Shown here: piece after piece, positions 55,138 to 64,000 of the stretch
Layout: the number at the start of each line of letters is the position of its first letter
Numbering within the stretch: the stretch's first letter is position 1
Assembly (NCBI RefSeq): GCF_037042905.1
Contig: NC_087245.1
Span: forward strand, 24,926,001 to 24,990,000
Reading direction: 5' to 3'
Source of the DNA: Lytechinus pictus
Lineage: Eukaryota
Length of the DNA stretch: 64,000 bases
Translations under genes and position numbers: made by a program
The notes under the pieces: model-generated
The model's input: only the letters and a program-made list of their open reading frames with translations
Databases searched by the model: none
Told to the model about the DNA's origin: nothing

Positions 55138-58100
55138 CTGATCAAAGGGCAGTTTGGAGAGAGTGGATAAAACAAAATCAATTATTGGGACACATAAACT
55201 GTTTTTACAAATAAAGAGGGTTCAAGAGAGCAACAGTTATAGAAGTTTGTATTGACTTGGGCTACAGGCAGTTGTTCTACTTCACAGATAGTCTAAATAC
55301 CTTATGGGTTAAACTAATTGGCCCGAATTCACAGAGGTGGTTTCTAAAGCCATCGGTTATACCCATGGTTTATGCAGATTTCCTGTATAAATTACGCTTA
55401 TTTACCGCATATATCAAAAATGTCCAATGCTGATGCACGCTTCCGTCACAGTGCGCCAAATTGACGCCTGTTGCCGTGGTTAAGTACGCTATTTCATTTG
55501 TGAGTCCACTGTTTTGAATGAATGAGTCCACTCTTCAAACAGTGGACTCATGAATAAAATTAAGCAACAGGCGTCAATTTGGCACACTGTGACAAAAGCG
55601 TGCATCATAATTTGACATTTTTCTTGTAATATACGCGGTAAATAAGCGTAATTTATACAGGAAATCTGCATAAACCATGGGTTCAACCAATGGTTTTAAA
55701 AACGACCTTTGTGATTCGGGCCATTTGGTCTACTATCAATTTGGACTAATTGCCATTTTATACTTGTTCTAATACCAACTTTGTCTAATTCTCCTTTATT
55801 CTATAAAGGCCAAGTTGGTCAATTTCCAATTTGTCTTCTTATTTGTTCTCTTTACACTTTGTTAAATGAAAATTATTTCATTAACAGTTCATCTAACTAT
55901 ACAGATTAATCTACATATGACACCCAGGCATACAGAAAGTGGATACCAGGAGAAAAGAATTCCTTGAAACATAGAGCTATTATTCTGAGTTTAATAGCTC
56001 CATGCTTGAAAGCTGTGAGCCAAGTATTTGGTGGCCTGGCAAAGTAGGGTAATAATGAAGCACCGGGGGGGGGGGGGTGGGGGTCATGTTTGCACTTCAT
56101 TAACATAACTTTATTTATTATCAGCTTCCTTATTATATTTCCAATAAAATATTTTATAGTCTTTGAATTCTATATTTTCTTTTCTAAAAGACACCTGTAA
56201 TCTGTAATACGGCGCAAATGGGGGGGGGGGGGAATTAGGCACAAAAATATCCAAAGCTGGTGAAATTGACATAAATACCAACCAATAGGGAATCCCAGGC
56301 CATGATCTTGGATTGATTTAAACCCTGTCATACCATTATTGTTATTTATTTCAAGAATTTGGCCAGGTATTCTATCAAAATTCTAGACTTGTCCCTAGAA
56401 GATTTTTTTCAATGCAGTCATCGCAAGCTCTGCACACTGCATATCATTGTACATTTTGTTCAACATATCAATTGCACAAACTATTTCAAGTAAGAAGGGG
56501 ATTTCAAAATATTACTTAAGAGGAGTTTCAGCCCAAACCAAGTTTATCAATGCAGAAGTCTTATCATTTTTCTGTATGTGAATTAAAGCGAATTTCATGT
56601 GAAAAATTAAAACCGTTGAAATATTGACTTCAGGATATGACTGTGTTACCTGACTCTGAGGATGGTACGGCCTTGGTAAGTACACTGGTGATGACGGTAG
56701 TTGTAATACAATTTCCACAGGTCATTGGGAGCAGAACGGCCGCAAGCTGCCATACATCTTGGACAAGACACTGGAAGACAAATAAAGATGGGCAGAATGT
56801 GTCTACTTTTAATCATGAAGCTGCAGAGTAATATGTAACCCTAGGAGGAATCATTGCCGTTTCATCAAAGTGAACTGAACTTCCTGAACTCCACAACATC
56901 TTCTGAAGATGGATTTCAGTTGATTTCTGGGGAGCATTCATCAAAATTTTTGTCCAACAAGTTGTTGGATCTGACAACTTTTCTTGATTTTGATCAGAGG
57001 ACACTGTTCCTATGATAACTTACGGATAAAAACAGACTTTGTTGGATAAATCGTTCGACAAGTTCTTTCATGAGAGGCTCCCCTGATGTTACAAATTAAT
57101 CTGGAATCAAGCAACAAAATTTGAATTCTGCAGGATCCGCTCCGACAATAATATTTCATGAACTTTCAGTTTGGATTGGATTTTGGAAACAACACTTGTG
57201 ACAAAGACTGGATTATAAGTATAACAAGGTCTTTAACCTTTAAATCAATTTTGAACAATGTGAGAACCTCATCAAACACAAACTTTCTAACATAGAGGCC
57301 GTTCTCATTACGCTTTCTAAAACTAGTTTACTGGAAACCGATTCAGGAAACCACTTTGGAAGATCGCTTTGCGAGCGTTCCCACTTGATCACACGAAAGT
57401 GGTTTTCAAAATCACTTCACGTAAAGCGCTCTTGTTGCTATGGAAACGCTCTCAGTGGGGTGACACGTTTCGCGCGAAATTCGAAACCGCAGCATAGGCA
57501 TTCTACACCTGTCGTGTGGAGTAGCGCGCTCAAAATGTGCGAAGATCGCTTCCCGCAGAACGGTTGTGTCCTCACTTACGCTAAAGCCAGTTTAACGAGG
57601 CAAAGCGATCTTGAAAACTACATCGCGAGGTGGTTTTCCAAACTGGTTTGGAAGATCGCTTCCAAGACCGCTTCGACCATTCTCACTACGCGTTAAACTA
57701 GTTTCCAGTAAACTAGTTTTAGGAACGTAGTGAGAACAGCCTCATAATCCTGTTTAATGTTTGATTTATAATAAATCCTATCGAGAAAACATGTCTTGTG
57801 GCTACTACTGTATCACTGATTCAGAGTAAATAACTTTAATAAATCTTACCAAGGACATATAACTTGCTGGCTCTTAGCAACTTCATTTCACTGTATTTCT
57901 TTGTGAGGTGTCCTATCACCATGCCCTGCATGTGAGAACCTCATCAAACACGAACTTTCTAACATAATCCTGTTTAATGTTTGATTTATAATAAATCCTA
58001 TCGAGAAAACATGTCTTGTGGCTACTACTGTATCACTGATTCAGAGTAAATAACTTTAATAAATCTTACCAAGGACATATAACTTGCTGCTAACAATACG

Positions 58101-61100
58101 GCACTGGCTCGAAGCAACTTCATTTCACTGTATTTCTTTGTGAGGCGTCCTATTACCATGCCCTGCACAACCTGCAAGAGATGAACAAAACTTGATGAAA
58201 TTTCTAACATTTTTAGGAGCGGATCCAGGGGGAAAGGAGGTGTAGGTTCACCCAATATAATTTCAAATATTTGAACAAAATGCACCCCTTTAGAACAAGC
58301 CTGACTTCCTACCCTGTTGGTTGTTTTTTTTAACTCATTAGATGATGGAATTACACATTCACACCAAAGGGAAAGACTTTGCAAAATCTTGGTATGATGC
58401 AGTTTTTGTGCATTTCACTCTTACTGTGCTGATAGCAAAGAGTATACAAAGGGACTATGTGTTTTGAATTGATACCATCAAGAAAGATTCATTGGGTGAA
58501 AAAATGTTCTTCCTTAGAGGATAAATTTCTTCTTTCAAGGCTGTCTGCGACCCAATTCTTCAACTAGAATGTTGTTACAGTTGATGCGAATATTTGGACA
58601 TGGAAATATTTCAATGCAAAGTTCCGCTAAACTATCATACAAATAATGAGGTTCCATGAGTATGCTACCCTTCTTATAAGAATAAAAACAAAATCGATAT
58701 TTAATCATAACGATGTCATAGCAATCATACAATCAGTTTTGAATTGAAACCAATTTGGCCTTTACTTAAAATCAAAGCTTGCAATCATTAACAAAAGTAA
58801 TATTAGTATTCTCACAGTTATTTTGGACCTCAAATGAAAAGATTATATTCATATTTTCAGAAAATAAAGCACAATTTGCTCCAAAACCCGATCATAGACC
58901 TTCGCAAGGTGTGCAGTAGCCTCCGAACACCTTATCTGACTGTTGGTCATTTCATGCTTCCATACATGTACAAATTATTCAGATATTCTGAAGGATATAT
59001 TATCATTTCAGTATGAAACAATAATCAAATTTTAAAAAAATGTAAATGTAAAAAAAGGGAGCCTCAGGTGTGTTTGACTTTGACAATAAAATGTTAATGC
59101 ATAAAATAAGTACGAATGTTTGAGATCAATCCAAAGGGTAATTTATTATAATTTGAAATTTGTTATAACTGTGTAGAATATACCTGTATAGAAGGTACAT
59201 GTACTGATCAATGAAAAAGTTGAGGTATTTGAAAACTAATAATCCTTCATAATAGGGTCAACACCTTAATATCAGAATTGATGGTGACTGTCATTATGGT
59301 AACTACCATGGTAACCATGACTTTGATTAGCTACTAATCACTGTTACTTTGGTAGTTACCAAAGTAACAGTGATTAGTAGCTAATCAACGTTACAGTTGA
59401 ACTTGCATAAGCCCACCTTCAATAAGTTGATCATTTGCCTATTAAATTCAAAGCAATTTTTCAAACTAGATGATGGTTTGAACTAACCCCTCAAAGAAAC
59501 AAAAATCACTGCAAGATTGAACTTACAAAGGTGTACTAAACTTACAATGCTCGCAATGCCCTGGAATGAGAGAAAGTATCCGTTTTCATCGGCAGTCAGC
59601 TGAAACTTATCAATGACAATAAGAGCAAACATAGAACTGAAGATGGCCCCTGGCAGACCAGCAAGTAGATTCACACTCAGAAAGAAGGCCGCACCGGGGG
59701 AAGACCTCATTAGATGGGTGAAGTTTTTTATGCTGAACACACTATCTGAAGACTTGTCTTTGAAATAGAATGAAAGGATGAGAGACAAAGAAAAGAACAA
59801 ATTAAACAAAAAAAAAGCAAAAAGTAAGTATTAAAGAGTAGTCAGAGAATAATTTTGCTTACAGAAGTTGATTAGCGACTTTGGTCATAAGAAAAAGAAT
59901 CTTGACTAAGTTCTGCTGATCTGCTACACAAAAAAAATTTTTGTGTTTCAGTTTTAAAAAGAAAGTGGAGCAAATTGCAATATGATACCAGGAAAATTCT
60001 TTCCTGATAGTAGTTGCAAGGAGATTATCTCCTTGGTAGATGTAACAGTTTATTGATACAAAATTGACATGATTTGCAGCAAGGGGCTGAAATATGTACA
60101 AATATAACAAATTGGCTAGATCAAATTACAGAAGTCAAAATATAGAAGTTGAATTACAAATACAACCAAGTGAGTATCAGATTACAAATACAACAAATCA
60201 ATAAATATTCAATAACTAGATTGAAATGAAAAAGAGACACAAAAAATTTTTAATAAGGAAGTAAGAAGTGAATTTTGAAAAATCACTTTTAGCGCAATCA
60301 TGAGTTTGAACAACTCATCTCATGTTCTTTTAATCATTTCCTCATTGTACCATTCAAAGCGTAGCCTAAATAAATAGATTTTCATGAAAACTATTACTAT
60401 TCCACACCTCTATGATTTCTTTGTTCTAACAAATCATATCTAATTTTGAACCAGCTTTGTAATTTCAGTTTTTTAAAAGATTACCTTTGGATGTTGAAGA
60501 CTGTGGGGGCTTAGTATTGCTTGGTATAAAGAATAATGTCAGTGCCAGGCTGACACACGATCCAATGCAAGCTACTGCTGCTGCCGACTGTTCACTGAAT
60601 AATATAGATGATAGAAATACATGATTAAAAGGAGTTAAATTTGTTTAATAGTCAATTTGCTTTCATTACACAAGGTCTAACCACATTTCATGTACTACCA
60701 ACAAGTCTAATAACCATGATGGTCTTTTTGTCATTTATATGTGTTGACAATTTAAACATTGGCCAAATAAATCAACATAAATTGATTGATGTGATTAAAA
60801 TGGGGGTGTTTCAAGTAGCTGTTTGTAATGGACTAGAACACAAAATAACAAATGGGAGCCCAAAGGTTTTCTGACATTGATTGACTATACTTTCTTTCAA
60901 ATTCCTGTCTAATATATTAAAGGGATTGCAATAACAACTGAATTGAATTGATTTTAATTTTTAATCCTGCCTATATTAATGTTCAGCTTTTATGATTATG
61001 CATAACTATAAACAAAAATACTTATGAAAGAGCCCCATTAAGACCAAATGCTAGATTGAACAACTCTGCATTGAATGAATATATCATCTAGAGGTAATAA

Positions 61101-62794
61101 TACTACAATATTTACACTTGTAACAGATAACAATAACCAACTGTTTAATTCAAGCAATTTCAGCCATTTCTTTGACACAATAAATATGTCATGACAAAAC
61201 ACATTTCTCGTATTCATGTCAGCACAAATCATGCTCCAGTAAGACAAACAAGGGATTATTTCTCTACAAGTTTCGTTTCTTTTCCTCAGGAGAAATTATG
61301 TTTTGGCAGAACTTTTTTGGAAAAAATATCTAGCTTATCTGAGAGTCTTAGTTTTATTCATACACTACAATTGAAAATTGCAACATCAGATTGTAAAGGT
61401 TACAGTTTAAACGTAGGCCTATATACCGGTACTATTGGAAAATGTATTACAAGAGATAGAGCATATTCAATACTAAACTTTTTTCCCATATATCCCCCTC
61501 CTACCCCCCCCCCCCCCATTTGAATGTGAACCCAGCCAGGCATACCTCATATAAACGCTGATCCAACCTCCAATCAATGGACCTACAACTATACCAATAG
61601 AATAACACATACTGACTCTTCCTAAGGCCTCAGTTCTCCCACTTTCATCAGATAAATCAGATATTACCATTTGAGTTCCTGGAGAGAGATAAAAAACATA
61701 AGAACAGTTACATGTGCGCATGTTTGGATGATCCAGGGGTGGCGGAAAGTGCAGGTGCACCTCATAGAATTTGAAAATATAATGATCCTCCCCGTAGATT
61801 GCCTTCATTGCGCACCCTATAAAACAAGCGATTACATTTCTTTGTAAAGTTTTTCAGACAAATTTGCACCCCATAAAAGTCTGACTCTGGATCTGCGCCT
61901 GGTGTGCAACAACAACAAAAATGAAAATTGAAAATAGTTTGAAATTCAGAGGGAGGGGATTTTGGGTCAGGAAAAGGGGCCACAAGGTCGTCCTTAAATT
62001 TGTTTTTCAAATTTAGACCAATCATTTCTATGGACGAAGATTCTATTCATGGGTAAAAGTGAGTCTTTTTTCACCTTTTATGAGGGAGGGGGATATAATA
62101 TTTTCAGATTATAATATCTTATTTATTTTTTTGACGTCTAAAAAAAAACGATGGGGGAAAGACCTTTGATGCTCTGCAATCCTTACTCATAACATAAGAT
62201 CATCATTACGGATCTTATGGAAAGCACACCTTCATAATTATTTCCCAGTAAAAAGTTTTGACAGATCAAATTAAGACATATTACACACCCAACTTCTAAA
62301 TATTCAAAATAATGACCTCTGATCTTAATGACCTTTGATTTTGCAACTCCTAAATGTCAACAGATCATTGTCACTCATGAATAAACTTAGCCAAAATGTA
62401 AAGTTCAACCCTCAGTCAAATGCTTCTTCAGTTATTGTAAGAATGTCATATTTCAGATTTACCTCTGTGACCTCTGAACTTTGACCCCCTGACCCCAAAA
62501 TCTAATCCGATTACTGCAAAATGTGATATGGAACGGAACCTCATACTAACCTTGAAAAGCATGCAAAAACAATGACGGAATTCTGGAGACAAAGATCATC
62601 ATTGAAGAACTGGCCACACCCAGTATCCCATATATGGCTGCAGCAGATAGATAGGCTAGCCCTAGAGCAGCACGTCCTCCATAGATATCCCCGAATCTAC
62701 CATATATCGGACCACCAACAAGCATGATGCCAGAAAAGAAAGTTTGGAGATAACCAAATGTCACCATATCCATATTGAATTTCTTGGACAGAAA
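54980..62794 (-). CDS. SLC22A18: SLC22A18-like MFS transporter (5' coding exon not found, probably beyond the window)
   Basis: Exons 62794..62551, 61678..61546, 60594..60485, 59757..59546, 58171..58070, 56770..56650, 55137..54980; all GT-AG and in phase. FGYLQTFF...GGPIYGRFGDIYGGRAAL and QMVISDLS...ALGR match SLC22A18 as I recall it and contain MFS motif A. Confidence 0.9.
55320..55722. mobile_element. Harbinger-like palindromic MITE
   Basis: att|ggcccgaattcacagagg ... cctttgtgattcgggcc|att; 3-bp TSD; arms extend nearly to the centre. Confidence 0.85.
56650..56770 (-). CDS. SLC22A18: SLC22A18 exon
   Basis: CLVQDVWQLAAVLLPMTCGNCITTTVITSVLTKAVPSSES. Confidence 0.88.
57295..57743. mobile_element. 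449-bp MITE with ~43-bp TIRs and a 3-bp TSD (Harbinger-like)
   Basis: ata|gaggccgttctcattacg ... cgtagtgagaacagcctc|ata; the empty site is visible in the neighbouring duplicate near 57960. Confidence 0.9.
57850..57930 (-). pseudogene. Decayed duplicate of SLC22A18 exon 58171..58070
   Basis: Same sequence and donor, but it lacks the native acceptor and carries a 17-bp deletion. Confidence 0.88.
58070..58171 (-). CDS. SLC22A18: SLC22A18 exon
   Basis: VVQGMVIGRLTKKYSEMKLLRASAVLLAASYMSL. Confidence 0.9.
59323..59388. repeat. Perfect palindrome, 32-bp arms with a 2-nt spacer
   Basis: ttgattagctactaatcactgttactttggta-gt-taccaaagtaacagtgattagtagctaatcaa. Confidence 0.95.
59546..59757 (-). CDS. 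SLC22A18: SLC22A18 exon
   Basis: DKSSDSVFSIKNFTHLM...ENGYFLSFQGIASI. Confidence 0.9.
60485..60594 (-). CDS. SLC22A18: SLC22A18 exon
   Basis: EQSAAAVACIGSCVSLALTLFFIPSNTKPPQSSTSK. Confidence 0.88.
61546..61678 (-). CDS. SLC22A18: SLC22A18 exon
   Basis: GTQMVISDLSDESGRTEALGRVSMCYSIGIVVGPLIGGWISVYM. Confidence 0.92.
62551..62794 (-). CDS. SLC22A18: SLC22A18 exon (MFS motif A)
   Basis: FLSKKFNMDMVTFGYLQTFFSGIMLVGGPIYGRFGDIYGGRAALGL...LHAFQ. Confidence 0.93.
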
Positions 62795-64000
62795 CTGGAA
62801 CCACAAAAGCAAAGGAAAGTTGAAAACATGGAATGTTCATAGAAATTTGCATAAAAATGGACAGGTATCTTCTTATAATAAAAATCATCACATTATTGTG
62901 TAGAAAAAAATTTGTAATTTAATAGGTTTAAACGTTTTGTGTTCTATACTTACTCAAAGGGGAAATTCACCCTGACAATCACTTGATTTTTAATATAGAA
63001 ACAGAAAAAAATACAGAAATATATTGGTAAAAATTTGACTAAAATCCATAAGGGTCTAACTTAGAGAATATTATTCATTTTCAGTTTTAAATATGTGACT
63101 TCATGTCTGAGAGTGATTCACATATATAAGTATATTAAAATATTTTCAATAATAATTTATTAGGTCTATATATTTCTCTGATATACCTTAATGCAGTAAT
63201 ACATAGTCACAGGTTAAACTGTTTTAAATTACAGTATAGATAGAAAATTGTATTATAATTACTTCTATTGTATATCTGCTTTTCAGTAAAACAAAGTAAT
63301 AAAGTTTATTTACACATGTCACTGTCAGTTAACTTTCCATCTAATTACTTGCATAGCTTCCAGGAATATAAAATTTGTTTAAATCTTAATTATGTACTAG
63401 TCTCAGTCTACTAGAGACATTAGTCAGAATGAAAAGTGGATAGAGGGGTGAGGCTCGGACTGAGGGGTCTATATCTCAGTTAATTGGGAGGACAATAATT
63501 AGCATAAAGGAAAAATGTATTATAAAGACTGGAAGTGGAAGACTTTATAAATGTTCTCCCTCTTTTTACATGAGATTCACACAAAAAAATCTTAAGAACT
63601 AAAATTCTTAAGAAAGAGGTAGATTTACTGTAGCTGTAATTATCATGGCTTCACAAACGTCATTGCAAGACAAATATATATTTTTTTTTTTACTCAGTTA
63701 ATTTCAACTGCCTACATCATGGCCTATTATAAATAGATCTAACACTCAGCTGCTCAGTACCGTATGGGTACTAGTATTCAACCCGTCATAATTCAAAGAT
63801 TTTGACATATTCCCCAAAATATTTAGAAATAGGGAATTTATCTTAATTTCATACCTTTGTTATTTCCAGGGTAATCTGTTGTCGATATTTTCTTTGTCAA
63901 TCTGTCGACTGTATGCGCGGAGGATCAAATTATGCGGCGATGGCCTTTTGCACAGAATGGTACTAGTATTCAACCTAGTGAGGATTGATAGCAAATCTCA

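Noticed and set aside
54987..55214. + strand 75-aa ORF
   Set aside because: Antisense shadow of the last SLC22A18 exon.

Overview
AT-rich, intron-rich animal genomic DNA, densely filled with transposon relics. The repeat types (tRNA-derived SINEs, poly-C/G-tailed MITEs, Kolobok/Academ/Harbinger-like MITEs) look like an echinoderm such as a sea urchin; this is inference. I assembled three spliced genes by hand with exon phases checked. (1) A 4-exon ST8Sia-like sialyltransferase on + (15213..28713, about 326 aa) whose third intron apparently needs a weak GC donor. (2) FAM133 on - (43174..~50246). (3) SLC22A18, an MFS transporter on - (54980..62794; first coding exon not found, probably beyond the window). 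The N-terminus of an unidentified - strand gene probably runs off the left edge. Most supplied ORFs are spurious. Structural highlights: a three-level nest of DNA transposons containing a 2.8-kb foldback Academ-like element with mirror-image ~190-bp arrays; a 2.9-kb element with 75-bp inverted repeats just upstream of the sialyltransferase; a THAP exon with a dead splice donor; a duplicated, decayed SLC22A18 exon carrying a MITE; a G-U-rich RNA hairpin in a retroposon tail; and a perfect 66-bp palindrome. I found no evidence for a wholly new protein-coding system.
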